A stretch of DNA of 53,189 bases from IMG/VR virus record IMGVR_UViG_3300013099_000025, positions 1-53,189 of that record. One strand, 5' to 3'. The first letter of the stretch is position 1, and each line of letters starts with the position of its first letter. This document shows positions 10,446 through 19,067 of this stretch, piece after piece. Source of the DNA: a virus. Its lineage: Duplodnaviria > Caudoviricetes. Position numbers and translations under genes: made by a program. The notes below the pieces were generated by a model, which was not told where the DNA came from, did not search any database, and saw only the letters and a list, made by a program, of their open reading frames with translations.

Positions 10446-11528
10446 ATGTTTATTAATGAAAGTATTGATACAAATGATAGTGCTATTTTCATGGGATTCA
10501 TGCGCCAGTCGTTGATTGAATCTCTGAAGGATAATCATGCTGAAGATTCAATGATCAAATATGTTGAAGAATCTGCTAGTGATTCTCAAGTATTGTCATT
10601 GGCTATGTATGGTAAATCTTGTCCACAAGATAATCAAGTATTTGCTGAAACTTTTCTTATGTCTCAATTAAAAGATTATATGATTGAGAATGTAAATGAA
10701 TTTGATTTCTCTGCTGATTATTCTGTTGTTAATTTTATGCAGGAAATTGGTGGTTTGTCTTTAGTTGATTCTGATTCTTTGACAATTATTTCAGAAGGTA
10801 TTAGCAATGGTATTGATGCTAGTATTAAGAATTATGAAAAGAATAAAGGAAAACAAGTAAATTTAAAAAATCTTAAATCTGGTTTTAAAAATCTTGTTGA
10901 TAAAAATAATCCTACTAATAAAAAAATTGACAATTTTGGAACAAAATTAGGAAATAAGGTTATTCCAGATAAGGCACCATCTAACGTTAAAGCGCACAAT
11001 CCAACTTTAGATGCTGTGAACGATGCAGAGGCTGGAAGCAACACATCTGATATGGGCGGTGTTGGTAAAGAAATTGCAAAAAATGAAGAAGCTGGTGGTA
11101 ATAGATCTGATATGGGTGGTGTTGGTAAAGAAATTGCAAAAAATGAAGAAGCTGGTGGTAATATATTTGATAAGATTAAAGGTTTTGGTGATAACATTGG
11201 TAAAGCATGGTCAACATTTACTGGTTTTGTTAATAAATATTCTGGTAATAATGCTAAAGCCATTGGTATCACTGCTCTTGTCGCCGCTTCTGCATTTATC
11301 GCATATAAGACATACAAGAATTATTTCTCAAAAGCTGCTAAAGCTTGTGCAGGTAAATCTGGTGCAGAGAAAGCTGCTTGTATGGCTAAAGCTAAACAGG
11401 GTGCCGTAAAATCACAAATTGCAGCATATAAGAAATCCATGTCTGCTTGTAAATCTACAAATAATATCGCTGCTTGTAAGAAGAAATATCAATCAAAAAT
11501 TTCTAGTTTGCAAGCTAAATTAAATTAA
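10446..11528 (+). CDS. putative internal virion protein, paralogue 2
   Basis: MFINES start, acidic N-domain, ALVAASAFIAYKTYKNYFSKAAKACAGKSG segment. Confidence 0.65.
   Translation: MFINESIDTNDSAIFMGFMRQSLIESLKDNHAEDSMIKYVEESASDSQVLSLAMYGKSCPQDNQVFAETFLMSQLKDYMIENVNEFDFSADYSVVNFMQEIGGLSLVDSDSLTIISEGISNGIDASIKNYEKNKGKQVNLKNLKSGFKNLVDKNNPTNKKIDNFGTKLGNKVIPDKAPSNVKAHNPTLDAVNDAEAGSNTSDMGGVGKEIAKNEEAGGNRSDMGGVGKEIAKNEEAGGNIFDKIKGFGDNIGKAWSTFTGFVNKYSGNNAKAIGITALVAASAFIAYKTYKNYFSKAAKACAGKSGAEKAACMAKAKQGAVKSQIAAYKKSMSACKSTNNIAACKKKYQSKISSLQAKLN
11045..11163 (+). repeat. 60-bp tandem repeat (SDMGGVGKEIAKNEEAGGN x2)
   Basis: Two near-identical 60-bp units, in frame. Confidence 0.9.
11316..11399 (+). 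repeat. 84-bp exact repeat, copy 1 (copy 2 at 12297-12380)
   Basis: aagaattatttctcaaaagctgct...gctaaacag identical in two paralogues. Confidence 0.9.
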
Positions 11529-11549
11529 ATTATAACGAGGAAAATTAAA

Positions 11550-12500
11550 ATGTTTATTAATGAATCTACAAATATTGAAGAAAGTGCTATCTTTTTTGAA
11601 TTTATGCGTGAAGCTTTGATTGAACAGGTTGGTGATAATGAAGAAATGGTTTCTTTCATCGAATCTGCTTCTGATACTGATGTTATTTCATATGCGGTAA
11701 CTGGAAAGGCTGCTCCAGCTGATTTGGATTCTGCTCTCTATGAAACTGCTCTTATGAGCATTATCAAAGAAAATGTTATTCTTGCTCCTGAACTATTTAC
11801 CGAAAGTGAAGATTATACTGCAATGGATTTCGTCAATGAAATCGGTACATTGAGCATGATTACTTCTAAGGATATTTTACAAGAAGCGATCAAAGGTGTT
11901 CGGACAGATAAATTGGCTAAATCAAATATCGACGATGCAAATCTCAGCGGTACTCGTAGAAATTTGAAGAATTGGGTAGATAATAAAGTCCATGCTACGA
12001 ATCAAGGTGCCGGTGAATTTGATGGAACAAAATCACAAATGGATAAAGTAGCCGCTGAACAAAAAGCAAATAATACTGCTAAACAATACGGTGCCGGTGA
12101 ATTTGATGGAACAAAATCACAAATGGATAAAGTAGCTGGATCTGGTAGTTTTATGAATTGGTTTAACAAAGTGAAAAACAATGTTACCGATTCAGCTGCA
12201 TGGGGAAAGATTACTGAATTCACATCTAAGCATGGGACGAAAATTGGTGTAGCCGCTCTTGTAGCCGCTGCTAGTTTCATTGCATATAAAGCATATAAGA
12301 ATTATTTCTCAAAAGCTGCTAAAGCTTGTGCAGGTAAATCTGGTGCAGAGAAAGCTGCTTGTATGGCTAAAGCTAAACAGAGTGCTACTAGAGCTCGCCT
12401 TACTGCTTTGAAAAAAGGTGCTTCTATGGCTAAGAATTCTACTGCTCCACAGAAAGCAAGAGCAGCTATTCAAGCTAAAATAGCTAGTATGCGTGGCTAA
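11550..12500 (+). CDS. putative internal virion protein, paralogue 3
   Basis: MFINES start; same architecture as 10446. Confidence 0.65.
   Translation: MFINESTNIEESAIFFEFMREALIEQVGDNEEMVSFIESASDTDVISYAVTGKAAPADLDSALYETALMSIIKENVILAPELFTESEDYTAMDFVNEIGTLSMITSKDILQEAIKGVRTDKLAKSNIDDANLSGTRRNLKNWVDNKVHATNQGAGEFDGTKSQMDKVAAEQKANNTAKQYGAGEFDGTKSQMDKVAGSGSFMNWFNKVKNNVTDSAAWGKITEFTSKHGTKIGVAALVAAASFIAYKAYKNYFSKAAKACAGKSGAEKAACMAKAKQSATRARLTALKKGASMAKNSTAPQKARAAIQAKIASMRG
12006..12136 (+). repeat. 47-bp direct repeat at 84-bp spacing (GAGEFDGTKSQMDKVA x2)
   Basis: Identical units at 12006-12052 and 12090-12136. Confidence 0.9.
12297..12380 (+). repeat. 84-bp exact repeat, copy 2
   Basis: Identical to 11316-11399. 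Confidence 0.9.
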
Positions 12501-12522
12501 TAAGAATTTAATTTCTTAATCT

Positions 12523-12560
12523 AAGGGGAGAGAGATTTTATATCTCTCTCCCCTTTTTTT
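12523..12560 (+). terminator. rho-independent terminator
   Basis: AAGGGGAGAGAGAT / ATCTCTCTCCCCTT stem ending in a T-run. Confidence 0.85.
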
Positions 12561-12580
12561 CAATTGAAAGGAATTTGAAG

Positions 12581-13123
12581 ATGTCGATACTTATTGAAAC
12601 TATTCAAGATTTAAACGAAGATCAAAATCAATTAAGTGAAATTGTTTTGATTTCTGAAATTGGTTCTTCACTTATTTTCCTGAAAAGTAATCAGCGTGAT
12701 TGTATTGATTTATTTGGAGCGAAAGTAACAAGTGAATTGATTGAAGAATCTGTTTTAGATTATAAAGAAATCATGCAAGAAGGATTTTCCTCAAATGCTC
12801 CAGAAAAAAGTCCTCCTATTGATTTCAAAGCAATTTGGGAAACAATTAAAGATAAAGGTGATGTTATTGGTGGTGCGGCTTTGGCGGCTTTGGTCATCGC
12901 TGGATCATATAAAATATATAAAAATTATTTCTCGAAAGCTGCCAAATCATGCAAAGGTAAATCTGGTGAAGAGAAAACTGCTTGTATGACAAACTATAGA
13001 GAAAACGCTTATAAACTACAACAAGATGTTTTGAAGAAAAGTTTAGATATGTCAAACAAATCAAAAGATCCAAGCGTATTTAAAAAGAAGATTGAAATTC
13101 AAATTAGAAAATTGAAAAAATAG
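12581..13123 (+). CDS. putative internal virion protein, paralogue 4
   Basis: AALAALVIAGSYKIYKNYFSKAAKSCKGKSG segment; AAGGA SD fits ATG 12581. Confidence 0.6.
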   Translation: MSILIETIQDLNEDQNQLSEIVLISEIGSSLIFLKSNQRDCIDLFGAKVTSELIEESVLDYKEIMQEGFSSNAPEKSPPIDFKAIWETIKDKGDVIGGAALAALVIAGSYKIYKNYFSKAAKSCKGKSGEEKTACMTNYRENAYKLQQDVLKKSLDMSNKSKDPSVFKKKIEIQIRKLKK

Positions 13124-13143
13124 TAATTTGATCTTACAATCTA

Positions 13144-13160
13144 GGAACATATTATTGAAG
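13144..13160 (+). promoter_or_regulatory. putative late promoter variant GGAACATATATTGAAGG
   Basis: One-base-shorter variant of the motif upstream of baseplate genes. Confidence 0.6.
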
Positions 13161-13245
13161 GAAATTATTCCTCGAATATAGAAGATACATTTATATCCTG
13201 AGACATATAGTAATTTAACGATGACACAAAGGAGAAACGTGAATT

Positions 13246-14031
13246 ATGTTTACAACTTTCAATGCAATCCTGCCAACGTATGAAGTGGTGACACCTCAGA
13301 CTAACCAATCATTTCTTTTGAGAAGTATGACAGTCGGTGACGAAGAAAAAATGAAAGGTAGTTTGATGAACGAATCTAAAATTCTAACACATCTGAACAA
13401 ATGTTTGTATGATGCAATTTCTGCTAAACCAGAAGGATATACATTAAAAAATTTCTTAAAAACCGTCACACTTAAAGATCGTGATGCACTATTATATGGT
13501 TTGTATCATATCACATATGAAGAAATTAGAAATTATTCTGTTTCATGTGGGAGTTGTAGTAAATCTCATGATGTAACCATTAATGCATCTGATACATTCT
13601 CAATGGTTCCATACCCAGGAGAAGAAAAAGCAATTTTAGATAAAATTGTTCCAGTTAAATTGAAAATATTGGAAGGAGTCGTCTTTAACATCAAACAGCC
13701 GACACTAGATGATGAAAATACGATCAATCGTAGATTCTCTAATAGTGCAAGAGGCACGAATGATATGGTTATGGAATGTTTGATTGTTGATAGTTTCGAA
13801 CATACTCCAGAAGCTGCTACATCTCCAATAATCTTCAATGAATTTGACGATATCCTTTCAGCGTATGAATCACTCCCCGCTAAAGATAAAAAAGTAATTC
13901 TTGATGCATATAATGAAAATTTTGGTAAATATAAAATTTCTTTAAAAATGCGAGTCACATGTCCTTCATGTGGGAAAGTGGAGGTGATAGATATCGACTT
14001 AGTCGATAATTTCTTTCGAGCAATGTATTAG
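13246..14031 (+). CDS. baseplate hub / tail assembly chaperone (T4 gp26-like)
   Basis: LRSMTVGDE, DRDALLY, CGSC and CPSC motifs, ends DNFFRAMY; AGGAGA SD. Confidence 0.7.
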   Translation: MFTTFNAILPTYEVVTPQTNQSFLLRSMTVGDEEKMKGSLMNESKILTHLNKCLYDAISAKPEGYTLKNFLKTVTLKDRDALLYGLYHITYEEIRNYSVSCGSCSKSHDVTINASDTFSMVPYPGEEKAILDKIVPVKLKILEGVVFNIKQPTLDDENTINRRFSNSARGTNDMVMECLIVDSFEHTPEAATSPIIFNEFDDILSAYESLPAKDKKVILDAYNENFGKYKISLKMRVTCPSCGKVEVIDIDLVDNFFRAMY

Positions 14032-14215
14032 TAGTGAATTCCGTGAAGAATTCATCAATACGAATAATGAATTAATTTTTTCATGTATGGAAGCTGGTAA
14101 GCAACCATATCAAAATATTGTGCAGATGCCTGTTTTAAAATTAACTGCATATTTAAAATGGAAACAAAAATTAGAAGAACAAAAATCTAAATTGATGGAA
14201 GAAATGAACAATTGA
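14015..14215 (+). CDS. +1-frame extension of the chaperone (candidate frameshift product) or 42-aa ORF from ATG 14087
   Basis: +1 frame open 14003-14215: ...EFREEFINTNNELIFSCMEAGKQPYQNIVQMPVLKLTAYLKWKQKLEEQKSKLMEEMNN*; no SD before ATG 14087; slippery TTC TTT CGA at 14011-14019. Confidence 0.6.
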   Translation, partial: FEQCISSEFREEFINTNNELIFSCMEAGKQPYQNIVQMPVLKLTAYLKWKQKLEEQKSKLMEEMNN

Positions 14216-14232
14216 TATCAATTGTTCATTTC
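14201..14232. terminator. 32-bp perfect palindrome overlapping the stop of the +1 ORF
   Basis: GAAATGAACAATTGAT|ATCAATTGTTCATTTC. Confidence 0.6.
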
Positions 14233-14266
14233 ATCTTGATATTATTCAATTTTTTAGAGGTTGATA

Positions 14267-14698
14267 ATGGCAAATCCTTTATCTAGATTTCAATTGACAT
14301 CGAGAACTAGAGAGAAGAAGATTGAATATTTTGATTATATTCAGAAATTAACTCCGATTGGTGATTACGTCAAAATAGAAAACATTGACGTAATCATCAA
14401 TTCTTGGAATAATATTTTATTAACTCCCAGAGGTACATATGATCATGATCCAAGATATGGTAGTAGCTTATTTGATTTAATATTTCAACCTGCTGATATT
14501 GATACACAAAATTTAATTCGAGAAGAGATTTATAATAGCGTATATTATTATGATAATAGAGCATCAATTAATAATATAACTGTTACATATTTAAGAGGTA
14601 ATTCAACTAAAAAAGGATATAATGTGCAAATAGATGTTGAATATAACGGTGAAATTAAAACATTGACATTAGACGTAACATCTAGTCAAGGATTATAA
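14267..14698 (+). CDS. baseplate wedge subunit, gp25/GPW family
   Basis: NILLTPRGTYDHDPRYGSSL, YDNRASI motifs. Confidence 0.85.
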   Translation: MANPLSRFQLTSRTREKKIEYFDYIQKLTPIGDYVKIENIDVIINSWNNILLTPRGTYDHDPRYGSSLFDLIFQPADIDTQNLIREEIYNSVYYYDNRASINNITVTYLRGNSTKKGYNVQIDVEYNGEIKTLTLDVTSSQGL

Positions 14699-14699
14699 T

Positions 14700-15356
14700 A
14701 TGTCATCACCACAATTATGGGAAAGATTATATCATTATATTCATGAATATCAATATCTAGCATACGAATATTATGCAAAAGATTCAGTAGCTTTTCTAAC
14801 AACATATTATCATTTGAATAAAGATGAAACTATTTGGGATAATGAATATGTTATGGGAGGAGCATATGAAGAAATTGGAGATTTAACTGGTATTCGTTGG
14901 GATAAGATATTATTGTTACCAGTATTTTTTATCGATGAGATTTCTTCAATTGGATTCGATGCATCTGATATTGGACAAAATAAAATGACTGAAACATATT
15001 GTGTCATTCCCTCCGAATATGGATTCACTCCATTACCACATGATATCGTTCAATTCGAACAAGATTATTTGCAGAAATCTCCAAATGCTCATCCGATTTA
15101 TCATGTGTCTGGTGTAGAGATTGCTCCTAATACTGATAGGCGTTTTTGGAAATTAAAATTAGAAGTAGATCAATCTAGGAAAATATCAGAAGTAGAAAAT
15201 CAAATGGCAGATACTTATATGTTTTTTGATTATGCTAAACAAATTCATACGATAGATAATGCTAATATATTATTGCAATTATTAGAAGCCAATTCGAATT
15301 TAAGAAATATAGTAAAAGAAAGGTATGATGATCATACTGGATTTTATTTGATATAG
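14700..15356 (+). CDS. putative virion structural protein
   Basis: 218 aa ORF in baseplate operon. Confidence 0.55.
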   Translation: MSSPQLWERLYHYIHEYQYLAYEYYAKDSVAFLTTYYHLNKDETIWDNEYVMGGAYEEIGDLTGIRWDKILLLPVFFIDEISSIGFDASDIGQNKMTETYCVIPSEYGFTPLPHDIVQFEQDYLQKSPNAHPIYHVSGVEIAPNTDRRFWKLKLEVDQSRKISEVENQMADTYMFFDYAKQIHTIDNANILLQLLEANSNLRNIVKERYDDHTGFYLI

Positions 15357-15364
15357 GGAAAAAT

Positions 15365-17941
15365 ATGAGAATTTCAAAATTATCCAAAGAAATATTCTTA
15401 TCTAGAGATGCAATCAGAAGTCAGATAATTGAAGAAATTAAAGAATCTCTTGATTTATTAGAAGTTGACTTAACCAAATCATCGTTCTTATCATATATTA
15501 TAAATATATTATCTACATTAACTTCTAATATTTTATTTTATCAAATTTCTGTTTATAGAGAATTTTTCTTAACAAAAGCACAATTGGTTAGCTCAGTAAA
15601 TGATGGTGCTGCTAGTATTGGATATAATCCAGATACTGCAAGTAGCTCAACATTACCTCTGATTTTAACATTTCCATTTCGTTTTACATTCGAAGAAATT
15701 CAATTTGAAATTCCAGAACAGACTGAATTTGTAGTCGATTCTATAAAATTTGTTTTAAATTATTCTATCAAAGTAATTGTAACTGCAAATTCAATGGTTC
15801 AAGTTTATAAATATAAAGATGGCGTTTCTGAAATAGTTCCTGTTAGTATCATTCCAGAAGATAATACATTTAATATAATGTTAACTGTTGATCAGATGGA
15901 GATAGAAAAATTCGAATTTTCTATCGGCGAAGAATCAACAGAATATAGATTCTCCGAATATCCTATTACTACGAGAGGTCAAATATCTGATATTAAAGTA
16001 GTTATCTTATCTGATGGTGATACTATAGAACAAATATATACTAGATTTTCTTCTATTTATTTGATGTCAGCAGATGATTATGGTTTTGTTATTAGAAAAA
16101 ATGATAATGGATATTCTGTTTATTTTGGAAATGGTTTAATTGGTAAACAACCTCCTATTGGTGGAAAAATATATGTTACAATATATACAACATTAGGAAC
16201 AAAAGGTAATATCATCAAAGGTATAGTTAAATCTACGCCACGAATAACTGCTATTTCAAACGATGACGGAACAACCTTTCAAGTAAATTATGATACTATA
16301 AATCCTGATCCAGGTATGATGGGGAAAGATGAACCCAATCTGGAAGAAATAAAATATATGGCTATCGGCAATTTGACTGCATTACATAGATTAGTTTCGG
16401 AAAATGATTATATGAATGTTGGAGTATTAATGGCTAATACTCCTCTTGCTAATAACACATATCCTGTCTTGAAAAGAAGTGATATTAGAACGAATGAAAT
16501 CCAATTATTTTCTCTGTTGAAGTACAATGGTTCATTCGTGCCTACAGAAAATATATATATTGAATTAGATTCTACCGCCAATATGACTATTGATAAATAT
16601 GAAACATTCGTATTCAACAATGAAGAATTTATCACTCCTTTTGATCTATTGATAGATCCAGATTTAGAAGTAACTAAATATAGATATATTACAAATAGTG
16701 TGAAATATAATTTAAGTCTTATATCAACAAACGTATCTATCGAAGATTATGTTTTTTTTGGTAATTATTTATTAGTTCAGACGTATGATAATAGAATTAG
16801 AATTAGAATTTATTTTCAGACGATGGAAGTTGATTATGATATAGTTACTTGTTCGATGGCAGTTACGAATACTATGATTGATGTGCCAATGATAATTAGT
16901 TTGGATAATGTAACATCTACCATAAATCAACCAAGTTCGATCAATGATCTTGTTACGGATATTACAACACTTGAAGGATATTTTGAAGTATATATCGAAC
17001 CATATAGTAGATTACCTGAACATAATGAAACATATTATTTCACATTTACTCATCCAACATTAGGTCAGTTGAATCAATATTCTGTTAATTTTACCTTCAG
17101 AAAGAATCTTGATCAAATGATGTTGTCCAATACTGTTGTTGATGAAAATACTGGTAAGGTAACTGTCTATGATATACCAGTAGTAAGTAAAAAATATTAT
17201 GATGAAATTGATAATAAAGAAGAATTTGAATATCATGTTTTTCAACGGATTATTGATAATATAGATTTTAAAAATATACGTATGATAACAGATTTCATAA
17301 ATATTAAATTTGCAAATACATCACAATATTTAAAAAATATGTTATTGAATGTTGAAACAAGAATATCTGTAGATTATATTGGAATATCATCTTTCGATCA
17401 TGAACCATTGGCAAATGAAAGATTTATCGTAAATAATAATTTATCTATTTGGGATGATATTGAAAGTGGTTATATTGGAATATGTACAAAAGAAGCAGAT
17501 AGTACATCTGCTTCTGAATGGTCATATGTTAAACCAGAAATGGATGATATTATATATGCAAAAAATACTGAATTGAAATACATATATACTGGTCATGACT
17601 GGATTGAACCTATTTTCGAGATTCCATTGATAATTGAAGCAGATGTGAAAATGCTTGATAATTATTCAATAGATAAACAAGCTTTCATAGATAAAATTAA
17701 AACACAAATTCTATCTGATTATAATAATAGAATGGTATGTCAATCTTATCTAAACAGAAGTGAATTGATTTCAACAATTCAAACAATTGAAGGAGTTGAT
17801 CATTGTAGATTAATTAAACCAGTATCTAATATTTTTTACAATTTCAGATTGGAAGAATTAACTTCGGAAGAATTACTTCATTATACTCCAGAATTGTTAT
17901 ATTTTACTGAAGATAATATAACAATTAGATTGGTTCAATAG
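15365..17941 (+). CDS. baseplate wedge protein (T4 gp6 / baseplate J-like)
   Basis: EFFLTKAQ, VYFGNGLIGKQP, YTTLGTKGN, RLVSENDY, IQTIEGV motifs. Confidence 0.8.
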   Translation: MRISKLSKEIFLSRDAIRSQIIEEIKESLDLLEVDLTKSSFLSYIINILSTLTSNILFYQISVYREFFLTKAQLVSSVNDGAASIGYNPDTASSSTLPLILTFPFRFTFEEIQFEIPEQTEFVVDSIKFVLNYSIKVIVTANSMVQVYKYKDGVSEIVPVSIIPEDNTFNIMLTVDQMEIEKFEFSIGEESTEYRFSEYPITTRGQISDIKVVILSDGDTIEQIYTRFSSIYLMSADDYGFVIRKNDNGYSVYFGNGLIGKQPPIGGKIYVTIYTTLGTKGNIIKGIVKSTPRITAISNDDGTTFQVNYDTINPDPGMMGKDEPNLEEIKYMAIGNLTALHRLVSENDYMNVGVLMANTPLANNTYPVLKRSDIRTNEIQLFSLLKYNGSFVPTENIYIELDSTANMTIDKYETFVFNNEEFITPFDLLIDPDLEVTKYRYITNSVKYNLSLISTNVSIEDYVFFGNYLLVQTYDNRIRIRIYFQTMEVDYDIVTCSMAVTNTMIDVPMIISLDNVTSTINQPSSINDLVTDITTLEGYFEVYIEPYSRLPEHNETYYFTFTHPTLGQLNQYSVNFTFRKNLDQMMLSNTVVDENTGKVTVYDIPVVSKKYYDEIDNKEEFEYHVFQRIIDNIDFKNIRMITDFINIKFANTSQYLKNMLLNVETRISVDYIGISSFDHEPLANERFIVNNNLSIWDDIESGYIGICTKEADSTSASEWSYVKPEMDDIIYAKNTELKYIYTGHDWIEPIFEIPLIIEADVKMLDNYSIDKQAFIDKIKTQILSDYNNRMVCQSYLNRSELISTIQTIEGVDHCRLIKPVSNIFYNFRLEELTSEELLHYTPELLYFTEDNITIRLVQ

Positions 17942-19066
17942 ATGCAGACTATTATTACAGATGATTGGAAAAATCAAAAAACAAAATTACGTAAATTCTT
18001 TCATATCATATCTAGTCAAGAATTACTTAATTTATCTGAATCTTGCTATGTTCCCAAATTGCGTAAATATGAAGATTTGTTATATAATATAGTAAATGTA
18101 TCAAAGATTGAATTACGAAAAGAAATAGCGAAGTTTTATAAAGGTACAACAGCAGAAAAATGGTTACTTGAGAATGATGCAACAACAAATCTATTACTTA
18201 TAATGCTCCATTATTTTGCAGTTAATAAAGATAAAACTGGATTTAGAGCAACCATGATATTTTATAATATTAGACAATACACGAATCTTTTCCATCGTAA
18301 TTTTAAATTTTGTCAAGCAGATATTTTTAAATATACGATCGAAAATATAAGTAAAAGTCATATATATTCTAGAGAGAAAACAATAGCTAATGCGATATAT
18401 CATTTTAGTAATCAGATGATTTATAGATGGGAAAATGAATTTAAAAAATCATTAAATCCAATGTCTATGTCTAAATTTATAAGAGAATGTAGACATAGAC
18501 ATGCACAAAGTTTGAAGAGTTTTACCATCCAATATTATAATAATTCAGAGAAGGGGAATAAAATAAGTCAAACAAAAACAGAAATAACAAACAATCAAGG
18601 AGAGACTTCTGAAATTGGTGGACAACAAAGAACACCTCAGAAGGTAGTTGATTTGGTTGAGAAAATAACTATTCATAGATTTATCGATACGAAAGCATTA
18701 TATGATTCAAGCAGATTGAATCCAATTAATAAAACATATGCTGAAATGATTGTTCGAGAATTCAGCCAGCCTAGAAATTCAGATATTTTATTGACAATTT
18801 ATCGTTCATATATTTCAAATTTAAAAGATATAAATTCATTATGTTCTAATAGATTTGTATCAGATATCAAAACATTAATAAGAGGTAAAACATCGAAAAC
18901 AAAATTTTTTAAAGAAGCCAGTGTTGAACTATTGATAAATTCGATAAAAGAAGCAAAATTGGATAAGGAATACAACAAATTGACCCAACAGAGTAAATAT
19001 ACTTATTTAAATTTTACAATATTTTACATTTGCTGGTCTTTGAAAAATTTTGTCTGTAAAAAATAA
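17942..19066 (+). CDS. hypothetical basic protein
   Basis: 374 aa ORF abutting the preceding gene. Confidence 0.65.
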   Translation: MQTIITDDWKNQKTKLRKFFHIISSQELLNLSESCYVPKLRKYEDLLYNIVNVSKIELRKEIAKFYKGTTAEKWLLENDATTNLLLIMLHYFAVNKDKTGFRATMIFYNIRQYTNLFHRNFKFCQADIFKYTIENISKSHIYSREKTIANAIYHFSNQMIYRWENEFKKSLNPMSMSKFIRECRHRHAQSLKSFTIQYYNNSEKGNKISQTKTEITNNQGETSEIGGQQRTPQKVVDLVEKITIHRFIDTKALYDSSRLNPINKTYAEMIVREFSQPRNSDILLTIYRSYISNLKDINSLCSNRFVSDIKTLIRGKTSKTKFFKEASVELLINSIKEAKLDKEYNKLTQQSKYTYLNFTIFYICWSLKNFVCKK

Positions 19067-19067
19067 A

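Noticed and set aside
11045-12380. CRISPR array or diversity-generating retroelement TR/VR pair
   Set aside because: Repeats are in-frame coding duplications without spacers, copies are identical rather than A-mutated, and no cas or reverse transcriptase gene is seen
17942-19066. Sigma-like late transcription factor
   Set aside because: Basic, helical-looking protein but no recognisable sigma region 2/4 motifs; cannot be supported without a profile search
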